Shown piece after piece: positions 26,596 through 37,300 of a stretch of 64,000 nucleotides of DNA. The DNA is taken from positions 11,710-75,709 of IMG/VR virus record IMGVR_UViG_3300021400_000080; one strand, given 5' to 3'. Under the pieces are notes generated by a model that did no database searches, was not told the DNA's origin, and was given only the letters and a program-made list of their open reading frames with translations. Positions within the stretch are counted from its first letter, which is position 1, and every line of letters starts with the position of its first letter. Position numbers and translations under genes: made by a program. The stretch is from a virus. Lineage: Duplodnaviria > Caudoviricetes.

Positions 26596-26911
26596 ACAGC
26601 TCATCAAGAGGGACCTCAAGAGGTTCATCGAGGGCATCGGGGGTTATTGGGTATCCGTCCAAGGGGGACCCGGCTCCAAGCCGGGGGACCCCGACATCAT
26701 CGCATGTATCGACGGAAGGTTCATCGGCATCGAGGCCAAGACCGACACGGGAAGATAGTCGGAGATCCAAAAGCACCGCTGCGAACAGATAATGTCGGCA
26801 GGGGGAGTCTATCTTACTGTGCGGTCGTTGGAGGACCTTAGACAAGGACTCCGCGATGCGGGGATTCCCGGACTCCGAGACGGGCGCGAAACCCGTCCTA
26901 AAACCCCTTAA
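26582..26911 (+). CDS. VRR-NUC nuclease with in-frame TAG
   Basis: GDPDIIACIDGRFIGIEAKTDTGR*SEIQKHRCEQIMSAGGVYLTVRSLEDL; TAG at 26756-26758 splits the domain. Confidence 0.85.
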
Positions 26912-26983
26912 CCACTTTTCGATTATCCATTAGTCCTAACACCACGAAATACCTTAAATAGTCCATATTTTGATTCATTCATC

Positions 26984-27226
26984 ATGGCAGATATGATGGA
27001 CAAAACCATTAGCGCGATACTCACTGCGTTCGTCGCGGTGATATTGATCGCTTCTGCGTTCATCCCTACTGCCATTCAGCAGATCGACACTCTCAACGAC
27101 AAGTACGGGTCGGATGTAGCGGGTTACACCGCACTCATCTCGACGGTCATCATTGTGACGATTGTCGGTATCATAATCGGCATAGTGAAAACCTACTCCT
27201 CCGGAAAAGGCGATGGAGACCGTTGA
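26984..27226 (+). CDS. two-helix hydrophobic capsid-like protein (minor, VP3-like)
   Basis: Hydrophobic helix-Pro-loop-hydrophobic helix, 80 aa. Confidence 0.6.
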   Translation: MADMMDKTISAILTAFVAVILIASAFIPTAIQQIDTLNDKYGSDVAGYTALISTVIIVTIVGIIIGIVKTYSSGKGDGDR

Positions 27227-27253
27227 TCTGACGAATATCGGAAGGTATGAACA

Positions 27254-27496
27254 ATGAACACCGAAGATTTCACCAGCAAAGTTGTCGGCATCGTGATTGC
27301 CGTCATCGTGATCGCGGTCGTTGCCATCCCCATCATCAATGGCATGATCGGAACCGACGGAACCCCTGAGGGATCCACCTACCCCATCCAGTCCGGCTCC
27401 ACCGAAGCTACCATCATCAAGGTCATCCCCATCTTCCTCATCCTGGCCGTCCTGATGGGAGTCGTCTACATGTTCCTCAACGGAAAGAAGAACTGA
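27254..27496 (+). CDS. putative major capsid protein of spindle-shaped-virus type
   Basis: IVIAVIVIAVVAIPIIN...ATIIKVIPIFLILAVL parallels the SSV1 VP1 pattern (LLPVIVSQV...ATLLNLVPLFYIL). Confidence 0.7.
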   Translation: MNTEDFTSKVVGIVIAVIVIAVVAIPIINGMIGTDGTPEGSTYPIQSGSTEATIIKVIPIFLILAVLMGVVYMFLNGKKN

Positions 27497-27503
27497 AGGA
27501 GGC

Positions 27504-27725
27504 ATGAAAATGAACACCGAAGATTTCACCAGCAAGGTTGTCACCGTTGTCATCGCGGTCATCGTGATTGCTGTCGTGGCCATCCCCGTCATCAATCAGG
27601 CGGCCGAGGAAAGCGGAGCCGACAACACCACCAAGACCATCCTGGGAGTCATTCCCATCTTCCTCATCCTGGCCGTCCTCATGACCGTGGTCTACATGTT
27701 CATGAACGGCAAGAAGGACAACTGA
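27504..27725 (+). CDS. putative major capsid protein paralog with a shorter loop
   Basis: Near-identical helices to 27254-27496; different loop. Confidence 0.7.
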   Translation: MKMNTEDFTSKVVTVVIAVIVIAVVAIPVINQAAEESGADNTTKTILGVIPIFLILAVLMTVVYMFMNGKKDN

Positions 27726-27907
27726 TCGCAGAACCACGGGGGGTAGGGTTTACCCCCCAACCTTTTTTCACGACTGCGTAGTTTTTATACATCCCACTCA
27801 TTAGGAGGATTGAGGTTGCCTACATCCTCCGGGGGGTTCTCGATTCCTCCCCCCGATATTCCTTTTTTGTATGCACGTTTTATAAACCACGTTTCCGATA
27901 ATCGAGT

Positions 27908-30418
27908 ATGCAGACAGGAATGAAAGCGGGTCTTGCAATCGTCCTCGCGGTATTCCTCACGGGCATCGTGGGGTTCCTCACCGCAGTCGTGCCGGAGGAC
28001 GAGGAAAGGACCTATTACGACCAAGTGAGCGATCTGACTCCGATTGTGGATGCCAGCGCAATCGACTCGTACACGGAATATAACCCGGTGACGAATGTCA
28101 GCGGATGGGCGAACATAGAAGGTGTGACGATCCCCACATTAACGACTGGCATATCTGCATATCCGTACAGATATACCACTGCCGGAGAGGATAGCGATAT
28201 ATCCAGATCGGTGAAGTTCGCAGCAGTCCTCGATGAATATCCTGATGATCCAGAGAAGTCATATTTCTGGCCCGTTGCTAAAATCTATTCGTTGTATGAA
28301 TCCTCAATCCCTAACAGTATCGAGTACAACGATGTAGAGATAGCAACGTCGGGCAGAGGTAATATAAGCGTAACCAAGGAGTATCAGGAAGGGGAATCGT
28401 TCGCAATCTGCATACTCCACATAGATACGCAAACGGCACAGCCAATCCATCAATTCACATACGAGGTCCACGTTAGTCCAACGTCTCAAAACAATTTCCG
28501 TCAGACCATCTCGACACTGGCGGTATTGGATAACCAGACATCGAGGACGATAACCGTGGGATGGGGGGAGAACTTCGAGTTACAGATCAATGTGTCATTG
28601 GGCGCACATCAGACCATCCGTGTGGACATGTTATCCCACGAAGGATATAGAGGACAGAATATCTTGTTAGATAATGGCGAGATCGTCAATGGTTTTTCAT
28701 CGAATCCGGTATCGCCTAAAGAATATTACGGAGGGGGATTGGATCAGCAGTATGCCCAAGGCGCACCTTCCACACGCACGACCTCTATCTCCAATTATCT
28801 TGTAGTGGACGGCCGCCATCTGACTACCGAATACGGAGCATACACCGTATATCCGCTGTCCATGTATTTCCCGCAGTCGGCATCCATCCAGGACGGGACC
28901 TTCATATCCATAGCCGGACTGAAATATGCGATGCCCACAACGTTCTATCATGGCACACGGACATGGGACGGCGGAGATTCAGGAGATGATGTATCGGGAA
29001 CGTGCCGTACCAACATATCCTCGATAGGGTATGACCATCTTGTTTATGTCAAGGATAACGAGAAGTGGTATCCGGGAGTATTGTCCGAGAACGGGTTGTA
29101 TTATGAGGCCGACATGACTAAACCGGGATATGGTATCGACGAGATATTCATGTTCGCATACGGGTTCAAGCAAGCTGCGACAATCAATGCAACGGAGATC
29201 GAGGTACAGTACGAATATATCGACGGTACTAAATTCGTTACAGTTGCAGACGGTATCACTGCGAAATGGTCCAATTACATGGACAGTACGGTAGGCGGCA
29301 AGACGGTGACGGTTCCCTATAACAACGGAGCAATCGTGCTTTTGACCGAGCCGGGAACAACCATATCGTCCGATAAAGTGTTCTATAAGGACACCGACGG
29401 CAACGTGACCCAAGGTAGTATGACACTTACCGTTCCTACATCCATCCCCTACTCGATGGCCCGTGTGACGTTGGACTTCCAGAACAATACCTACTATGCA
29501 CAGGGTATCGTGTGGGGATCCATCGACGAGGACGAGAGGGGAACGGGCAACTGGACCCTCCGTCCTTACCAGTATCCGATCTCAATCGGACTGAATGGCA
29601 TCCCTGACGTATCCTACGTCCAGGGGATCTCCGTTGAAAAAGCCGGGGGAACCAAGGTATTCGTTCTTGAGACCAGCGTGCAGACCGACCCGATGGGCAG
29701 ATTATGGGGTGATCCCACCATCTATCTCGGATACTTCTTCCCTGACTACTTCACCCACGACAGTGCAACCGGCAACACGGGAGTACCTACGACCGCCATC
29801 CGTATGCTCATCAACGGAGTTGTGAGTTACGGGACCTCGCTGACTATCAACGGACAGTATATGCCCGTGGCAGACGGGAACATCACGTTCACCTACTACA
29901 CCTACGAGACGGAGACCATTCCCTCCACCGACCCGAACGTCCCGCCTACAACCAACACGATCACCGTCACCAACGAGGGCAACATGCCGGTCAAGGGTAT
30001 GGCGATAGATTGGGAGGATGGGCATGTCTATCTTGTGTTCACCGAACAGGGTAAGACCCGTTACGATCTCGGAGAATACGATACGACCGCGGCCAATGTG
30101 GTCATCGCGGGTACGGACACAGGGAAGGACACCGTTGTAACGGACATCATAAGCGGAACGGGGACATGGTATTGGCAGTCCAACCTCTACACGATTAACC
30201 ACGAGATCGAAACGGTCCTCAAACTCGACCTCACACAAGGTTTGTCGGGTTGGGGAATGACGTTACAGGTCTCGATGCTGCTCTTCGCGGGTATGCTCAT
30301 CGTGGGGGTTGCCATCGTCCACTACTACTACCGCGACTCCGACGAACCGATGGGAATCCTTGATTGGGTTATTATAGGATTAGCGATATTGTTATGCTTA
30401 GGAGTTGCAGCAATATGA
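27908..30418 (+). CDS. large virion surface or tip protein (836 aa) with an N-terminal TM and two C-terminal TMs
   Basis: Hydrophobic ends and a Thr/Tyr-rich beta ectodomain; directly follows the capsid genes. Confidence 0.7.
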   Translation: MQTGMKAGLAIVLAVFLTGIVGFLTAVVPEDEERTYYDQVSDLTPIVDASAIDSYTEYNPVTNVSGWANIEGVTIPTLTTGISAYPYRYTTAGEDSDISRSVKFAAVLDEYPDDPEKSYFWPVAKIYSLYESSIPNSIEYNDVEIATSGRGNISVTKEYQEGESFAICILHIDTQTAQPIHQFTYEVHVSPTSQNNFRQTISTLAVLDNQTSRTITVGWGENFELQINVSLGAHQTIRVDMLSHEGYRGQNILLDNGEIVNGFSSNPVSPKEYYGGGLDQQYAQGAPSTRTTSISNYLVVDGRHLTTEYGAYTVYPLSMYFPQSASIQDGTFISIAGLKYAMPTTFYHGTRTWDGGDSGDDVSGTCRTNISSIGYDHLVYVKDNEKWYPGVLSENGLYYEADMTKPGYGIDEIFMFAYGFKQAATINATEIEVQYEYIDGTKFVTVADGITAKWSNYMDSTVGGKTVTVPYNNGAIVLLTEPGTTISSDKVFYKDTDGNVTQGSMTLTVPTSIPYSMARVTLDFQNNTYYAQGIVWGSIDEDERGTGNWTLRPYQYPISIGLNGIPDVSYVQGISVEKAGGTKVFVLETSVQTDPMGRLWGDPTIYLGYFFPDYFTHDSATGNTGVPTTAIRMLINGVVSYGTSLTINGQYMPVADGNITFTYYTYETETIPSTDPNVPPTTNTITVTNEGNMPVKGMAIDWEDGHVYLVFTEQGKTRYDLGEYDTTAANVVIAGTDTGKDTVVTDIISGTGTWYWQSNLYTINHEIETVLKLDLTQGLSGWGMTLQVSMLLFAGMLIVGVAIVHYYYRDSDEPMGILDWVIIGLAILLCLGVAAI

Positions 30419-30681
30419 TGTCACCGCAGGAGTTCATCGACATGCTTGCCCAGGCCTTCTTCCAGGGCAATACGCAGATCGCGGGCATAGTCGTGTTCAC
30501 CGCTGTCCTCGCCATCATATACCTCCTGTTCGCGCAGAGGAATATCACCGTAGGTCTTATCCTTACCCTCCCTACGACCCTCGTGTTCTCGCTGATGGGT
30601 ATTCTGCCGGAGGTCCTGACCATCCTCGTGGTGATCGTAACCATCCTCGCCCTCGTCCATAAGTTCAAGGAGATGTCGTGA
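30415..30681 (+). CDS. small 3-TM membrane protein
   Basis: Hydrophobic; ATGA-coupled. Confidence 0.75.
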   Translation: MMSPQEFIDMLAQAFFQGNTQIAGIVVFTAVLAIIYLLFAQRNITVGLILTLPTTLVFSLMGILPEVLTILVVIVTILALVHKFKEMS

Positions 30682-31910
30682 TGATAAGCAGTATGGGGGG
30701 TTCCATGCTCGCCAATGCCCTTTCGGGCGGCGGCGGAGCATCGGAATGGATGCACAAATGGATGCTCATAGGTTTGGGTATCCTGGTATTCACCCCCCTG
30801 CTGTTCAGTCTGTGGTTCCCTACGGAGTATGAAGGCGAATATGCGGATGTTCAGAACGATATAGAGGAACAGTACCTCCACATGACCGGATCCTACTCCA
30901 CACCCCAACAGAACATCTGGACCCTGACGGGAATCTATACACCATACAATTCCGAGAAATTCGGCTGGACCGATGATGGCTGGCTGTATGGTTCGGAGGT
31001 CAAGACCTATTCCCCGTCGCAGTATCAATCGACCGATCAATTCCCCGGAACGCTGACAGTGAAAAAAGCGGATAACGGGATCTGGTATTACACGTCCGTA
31101 CCCAACAACTTCCAGGGGATAACCCTCGCCACATGGGACGGGGATAAGGTCACCAATCCGAAGGAGGCATCCGTCTATTCGAGCATCTATTTCGATAATG
31201 CCCACAAGTCGGACAGATTCTTCACCACTACCACGAAAACGGAGACCGCCCAGGGATACTACTACGATTATTCGGGATACAGATACACCTATCAGCCGTT
31301 GAGCAACTACAATATCGACGTGTCAGGTACGATCACCAAGGTGGATAGGGATACGACATCCCTTTCCCTGATATGGTATCAGTATTCCACGTTAAGCGGC
31401 ATAGCCGGGCAGCTCACTATATCGGGCAGCGATTCAGGGGTCAGTTATATCACGTCGGATGACATCATAAGAGTGTTCAACTCCGCGAACAGCACCGCAG
31501 TGTTCGACATGACCTTCAACGGGGTTCCCATGCATCTCCTTATCAGAATGGATCCCTCGCGCCTCGCGTGGTTGAGCGTAGCGGATTGTTACAACAGCGG
31601 ATACTGGAACGTCATGGTATACAGCGATGCGGTCGCGGCATCCCTCTCCGGGGACACCTACGAGTTCAACATCAATACGATGTGGGACACCATCGTCAAT
31701 ATCTTCACATTCAACCTCGCCAATGAATACGACATCGACGGTTGGGAGGGATTCGTGGTATCCGTCCTGTTCTCGATGGTCCTCTACTCCGTCCTGCTCA
31801 TCATCGCTATGGATCACCCCTTCGTGTTCATAATCATCGGACTGATAGGACTCATTCAGGCAGCTACATCGTTCCTCGGCAGCGGTTCGGGGTTGTTCGA
31901 TTTCCTGTGA
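30678..31910 (+). CDS. membrane protein with an extracellular domain (N-terminal TM, two C-terminal TMs)
   Basis: Hydrophobic segments at both ends. Confidence 0.75.
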   Translation: MMISSMGGSMLANALSGGGGASEWMHKWMLIGLGILVFTPLLFSLWFPTEYEGEYADVQNDIEEQYLHMTGSYSTPQQNIWTLTGIYTPYNSEKFGWTDDGWLYGSEVKTYSPSQYQSTDQFPGTLTVKKADNGIWYYTSVPNNFQGITLATWDGDKVTNPKEASVYSSIYFDNAHKSDRFFTTTTKTETAQGYYYDYSGYRYTYQPLSNYNIDVSGTITKVDRDTTSLSLIWYQYSTLSGIAGQLTISGSDSGVSYITSDDIIRVFNSANSTAVFDMTFNGVPMHLLIRMDPSRLAWLSVADCYNSGYWNVMVYSDAVAASLSGDTYEFNINTMWDTIVNIFTFNLANEYDIDGWEGFVVSVLFSMVLYSVLLIIAMDHPFVFIIIGLIGLIQAATSFLGSGSGLFDFL

Positions 31911-31954
31911 TAAACCTCTTAATCCTTTTATATGGACAACCGCGATACGAAAGT

Positions 31955-32371
31955 ATGGCAGAATATTGGCTCTATTGGAGCAAGTTCGAGGACAACAATA
32001 AACGTCCCGGACTGCCCGGAGGATTCAGGACCCTAAAGGATGCGCGCGAATGTGCGTATGAGAACGTTGTCACCAACCATCCCATCGAGATCGACGGGTC
32101 GGGCGAGGTCATCAAGAAGATCAAGGGCATCGTCTACTCCGAGAAGTCGGGTCGTTCGGGACCTGTCCGTCAGCGTGTCCTCAAGGACGGTTCCGTGTCC
32201 AAGACCAAGATTTTCGTCAATCCCGTCAATACCGCAGCCAAACTTAAAGCCAAGACTGCATCCAAGACATCCTCCAAGACCAAGACCGCGCCCAAGAAGA
32301 AACGCAAATACGGGGAGATCCTGGGCGATGCAGCGGTCGAGTTCGGGTCCGGACTCCTTTCACATCTCTGA
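31955..32371 (+). CDS. small Tyr/Lys-rich family protein with a Lys/Thr/Ala tail
   Basis: FRTLKDARECA...VLKDGSV. Confidence 0.75.
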   Translation: MAEYWLYWSKFEDNNKRPGLPGGFRTLKDARECAYENVVTNHPIEIDGSGEVIKKIKGIVYSEKSGRSGPVRQRVLKDGSVSKTKIFVNPVNTAAKLKAKTASKTSSKTKTAPKKKRKYGEILGDAAVEFGSGLLSHL

Positions 32372-32442
32372 AACCCCTTATCCCCCCTACGGGGGGAATC
32401 TACCCGTCCTTTTTATATGCGCTATCGTGATTACTTCATAAA

Positions 32443-34035
32443 GTGATAGCCATGCTCAACAAGAAGATCGTATCCGTCCTCGCAGTCACGCTCATGCTGA
32501 CTATGGGGGTCGGAGTTGTTTTCATCGGTAATGACGAGTCGGAGGCAGTCACGTCCGAAATGCCTGTTTCGTCAGTCGTGGGGGACGTGGAGACGTTGTT
32601 CTATACTTCCGTCCCGCCTGTACTGACAATGACTCAAAAGGTCGCTAACGGTACTTATTTCAATATCACCAACACATATAACGGACCTTGGGAATTTCTC
32701 ATCAAAGGGATTAACGGCACGGCTACGGCAATCGGTTCGACTTCAGATGGCCTTCTTCATACTGCCCAGGGAATCTCTGGAACGTTATCGACCAACCTGT
32801 CCACCCTTTCTATCGAGTGGGTGGCGCACAATGAGACAGAGGGAGTGGTTGAAGAAGAAGAATATTCATCTGTTTTCACCGTGGTAGACACGGGAAGTTC
32901 GCAGAACAACCCCTATCTCGATACAATCTCCCTACCAGTCAAGATCTTCCAAATGACACAGGACTACTATGCTAACGTGGGAATCACGGTCAACCTCACC
33001 CACGAGACTGTGAACGGTCTTGAATACGGTGTGACTTCAGTCACATCTGGTTTCGGCTTGACTGTGGACAGCAACACTACAAGTCTATCGGGAACAATCT
33101 CGCACGCTGGAACGATTACCGTGGAGACTTATGTTACGGATGGACATGATATTGAGGAAGAAACTCACACAATCTACGTTACCGACTATACTCACGCGGA
33201 TGTCCGTATGATCGGAGGGGAGACGTGGACGTACACCCCCTCGACCAATATGACCTCTGTCCTGTCCATCTCCGGCACGGCTACCTCCTGGGTCTCCCTG
33301 ACATCGGGAACGGTCAGTGGGACCGCGCCCACGAACACTTCCGTTGGGCAGACCTACGACCTCACCATAACCGCCTCGACCTCCGACCCCAATCAGAACG
33401 TCACGCAGACGGTCACGTTCACCGTGGACCCGCAGATCACCCTGACCGCACCCGCCACTTACACCGTCCAGTTCGGCACGGATACCAGCAACGTCCTCGG
33501 CAGCAACTTCGAGGACGGAACCAGGAACATCTACTCCATCACCGGGGGTACTGCCACGGGATTCACCGTGAACGCGGCAACGGGGGTATTGGGATGGAAT
33601 AACCCCTCTGCGGGAACGATCACATTCACCGCTGCATCCCCCTACACATACACCAGCGGCGCGACCAACACGGCAACGGCTACCGTGGACGTGACCGTGA
33701 CGGGTATCCTCACGGCATCCGTCTCCAGCACGCTCTACCTCGTTACGGGGAAAACGGTTCCCAACACCCCTGCCGAGGCAGTCACCCTCAACCACAATGA
33801 TGTCGGGGTTGGAACCTACACCTGGGCGGTCGTGGGAACGAACAACAGCGGAGTCACAGTGGCATCGGACGGCACATTGGGGGGTACTCCGGGAGCCGTC
33901 GGCAGCTACACCGTAACCATTCGCTGCACGTCCGTGGTAGGGAGTACGACACAGACCGCTGACACTACCCTCAACATCGTCATCGTCCAGGTCCTCGCTT
34001 TCACGTCCTTGCCCTCTTCGGGAACCGTCAGGTGA
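32443..34035 (+). CDS. secreted Thr-rich Ig-like repeat (putative Ig/He_PIG-type) adhesin
   Basis: Signal peptide ending ESEA; repeated LSGT/ISGT...Y.LTITA modules. Confidence 0.7.
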   Translation: MIAMLNKKIVSVLAVTLMLTMGVGVVFIGNDESEAVTSEMPVSSVVGDVETLFYTSVPPVLTMTQKVANGTYFNITNTYNGPWEFLIKGINGTATAIGSTSDGLLHTAQGISGTLSTNLSTLSIEWVAHNETEGVVEEEEYSSVFTVVDTGSSQNNPYLDTISLPVKIFQMTQDYYANVGITVNLTHETVNGLEYGVTSVTSGFGLTVDSNTTSLSGTISHAGTITVETYVTDGHDIEEETHTIYVTDYTHADVRMIGGETWTYTPSTNMTSVLSISGTATSWVSLTSGTVSGTAPTNTSVGQTYDLTITASTSDPNQNVTQTVTFTVDPQITLTAPATYTVQFGTDTSNVLGSNFEDGTRNIYSITGGTATGFTVNAATGVLGWNNPSAGTITFTAASPYTYTSGATNTATATVDVTVTGILTASVSSTLYLVTGKTVPNTPAEAVTLNHNDVGVGTYTWAVVGTNNSGVTVASDGTLGGTPGAVGSYTVTIRCTSVVGSTTQTADTTLNIVIVQVLAFTSLPSSGTVR

Positions 34036-34039
34036 CGGA

Positions 34040-34312
34040 ATGAAAGTGGATCCCGTAGCGATATTGGCCGTCGCCCTCTTCCTCGCGGGGATGGCTGGCA
34101 TAGCGATAGCGCACGCAGAAACCTACGACAACCCTCAAGACGAACCTAACCCCGTTGAACCGGAGATCGTGTCGCAGACGGAGGGATAGACCCTCTACCG
34201 CCTTGACCTTCAGGGCGGTCCTCTCTACTACTACGAATGTGACACCGAGGACGGCACGATCACCAAGATAGTGGCGATAAAGACCGTCACGATGGATATA
34301 GAAGTCGCGTAA
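34040..34312 (+). CDS. small exported protein with in-frame TAG
   Basis: Signal-like N-terminus; TAG at 34187-34189; frame continues to TAA, directly followed by the AACCTCTT motif. Confidence 0.7.
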
Positions 34313-34373
34313 AACCTCTTAAAAATCCCCCTTCCTCAATATATCTATAATAAATGTTGCAGATAAGTTCAAC

Positions 34374-37300
34374 ATGGCATTGAACACGGCTTGTTCGTTG
34401 AATGAGCAAGGCATGAGCATAAAATGGGTCGGTATCCTGATTTTAGGTATGGCCGCCCTATTTGGATGTATCGTAGCATTTGAATCGGATGATGCGGATG
34501 CAGCTACCGCCAACCCCAATTATAGGGATGGGGATTGGGGTTATGATCTCGTTACGGAAAACGGTCTTACTACCGCCAAGATCGTATCATACTCCGGAAC
34601 AGGCGGGGGTGCGATAACCATCCCCACTACAATCGGAGGATATACCGTAACCCAGGTCGGTAAAAATGCAGACTACGGTAACAACAATGTTTTTGAACCG
34701 ACATTGGTCGCAACCGATCTCATAATCCCCGATGGGATTTTGAAAATCAATAAGTTCGCATGTCAGAATCTTTCCAATTTCACGGGTACGTTAAGTCTCG
34801 GTAACACAGTAACTACGCTTGGGCTTAGTTGTTTTAGTAATGGTGGTTTTACAGGAACTCTGACACTGCCAAGAAGTATTACCACAATTATTTATTCAAC
34901 AGGTAATTACGCAGCATTTTACAATTGTGCCGGTTTCACGGAATTAGTTATCGAGAACGGTATGTCGGGGGACATCGGACATGATATGTTCCGTAATTGT
35001 ACGGGATTCACGGGTGCATTGGTGATACCGGATAGTGTAACTTATATCGGAATGAGGGCATTTCAGGGTTGTTCCGGATTCACATCCTTGTCGATAGGAT
35101 CCAACGTGACTACGATATATGATAGCGCATTTTACAATTGTACCGGATTCAAGGGCAGTCTCACGATTCCCGACAGTGTTACGACATTCGGAGGATATTA
35201 TTCGAGTACCAACCAGGGTATATTCCAGAATTGCAGAGGATTCGACGGAGTATTGAAAATCGGTAATGGAATCACTAAAATTCCAGCAGCATGTTTCATG
35301 AATTGCAGCGGATTCACCGAATTGATCTTAGGAAATTCCTTGACCGAGATTCAGGATTATTCGGATTATGGTGTATTTAAAGGTTGTACGGGATTGACGG
35401 GTAATCTTACGCTACCGAATACGCTTACCAAGATAGGTAACAGTGCGTTCGATGGATGCAGCGGCCTTACTGGAGCATTAGTGATACCCAACAATGTAAC
35501 ATACATCGGATCAGTGGCTTTCAGGAATTGCAGCGGTTTCACTTCATTGACATTGAGTAACAGTCTTACCGAAATCAAGTCAAGTACGTTCAGCGGATGC
35601 ACATCCATGACGGGTGATCTGATCATCCCTGACAGTGTGACAACCATATACTACCCATTCAGTTCTTCTTCTTCTACGAGCAGTCCTTTTTACAATTGCG
35701 GTTTCGGAGGATCGTTGATTATAGGCGATGGACTTACAGCGGTTGGACAATACATGTTCGACGGATGCGTGTTCAACGATAATCTGGTTATCGGAGATTC
35801 GATTACGGACATCCCATCTGGTGCATTTGCATGTTGTAAGACTGCGACAGGTACGCTTACCATCGGAAGCGGGGTTCAATCAATCGGAAACAGCGTATTC
35901 TATCAGTATAAATTCACAGGGTCTCTCGTATTACCCAACGGTCTGAAAACCATCAGGGATCAGGCATTTGCTCAATGCACCGGATTCACGGGATCTCTTG
36001 TAATCCCGTCCACCGTGACAACGATCGGAGTCCATAGTTCATCCACATCAAATTCATCCGGAGCATTTAGAGGATGTACCGGATTCACGGGTGCATTGGT
36101 GATACCGGATAGCGTGACTTTACTCGGAGATAGGACATTCCAGGGATGCACGGGACTTACCGGAACATTGACGATAGGTACGGGGGTCACGGACATCAAT
36201 CCGTATTGTTTCTATGGTTGTAAATTCACGGGTAATCTGAATATTCCCGGGAACGTGGTTAAGATTCTTGATTATGCGTTCGGCAACAATACCGGATTCA
36301 CATCCCTTACATTACAGGAAGGTCTCGATCTGATTTGGACCCGTGCATTTTCGGAGTGTACCGGGATGACGGGAGTGTTGGCAATACCTGATTCCGTGAC
36401 CACGTTGGGTCCGAAGTCGTATGCGAATGGTTGTTTCTACAATTGTTCCGGATTCACCGGACTGAACCTTGGAGACGGAGTGGAAATCATCGGGGATACC
36501 TGTTTCTGGAATTGTACCGCTATGGCAGGAAGTCTGATCATCCCGGATAGTGTGGAATATATCGGAAAGTGTGCATTTTATGAATGTGCCTTCGATGGTA
36601 CTCTTACTATCGGGAATAATGTATCGGAGATAGGATACGGAGCATTTTACAGTTATAATCACGGATCGTTCATAGGCGATCTGGTAATCCCTGATAGTGT
36701 GACTGTGTTCGGGAATCCCAACAGTCAGGGTTATAATCAAGAGCCGATTTTCTGGTATGCGGGATTCACGGGTTCGCTGACTATCGGGAACGGGATAACC
36801 GTCATTCCCCAAGGCACGTTCTATGGATGCGGATTCACAGGTACGCTTACCATCGGGAATAACGTGACACAGATAGGATCATACGATGGAAATACAGGTG
36901 CTTTTGAGAATGTACCGTTCACAGGCGCATTGGTCATCCCGGATAGTGTGACTAAGATCATGGGACGTTCATTCAAGGGATGCAGCGGATTCACGACATT
37001 ATCCCTCGGTTCGGGATTGACACAGATCACGGGATATGATACATTTAGGGATTGCACCGGATTCACGGGTGCATTGGTGATACCCGATACCGTCCAGTAT
37101 CTCGGACCCAAAAATACATCAGGTACTACCTTTACAGGAGGTCGTGCGTTCATGGGATGTACGGGATTCACATTCCTTACCATCGGTAAGAATGTGGAAC
37201 TCATCGGACCCGGAACGTTCAGTGGATGTACGGGATTCAGAGGGGACCTGGTGATTCCCGACAGTGTTGTAGAGATCGCGTATGGATCATATTATCATCC

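Noticed and set aside
26984-27725. Small hydrophobic proteins as holins or type IV pilins
   Set aside because: No class III signal peptide and no lysis context. The tandem paralogy and helix-Pro-loop-helix pattern fit spindle-virus capsid proteins better, although VirB2-like pilins are not fully excluded.
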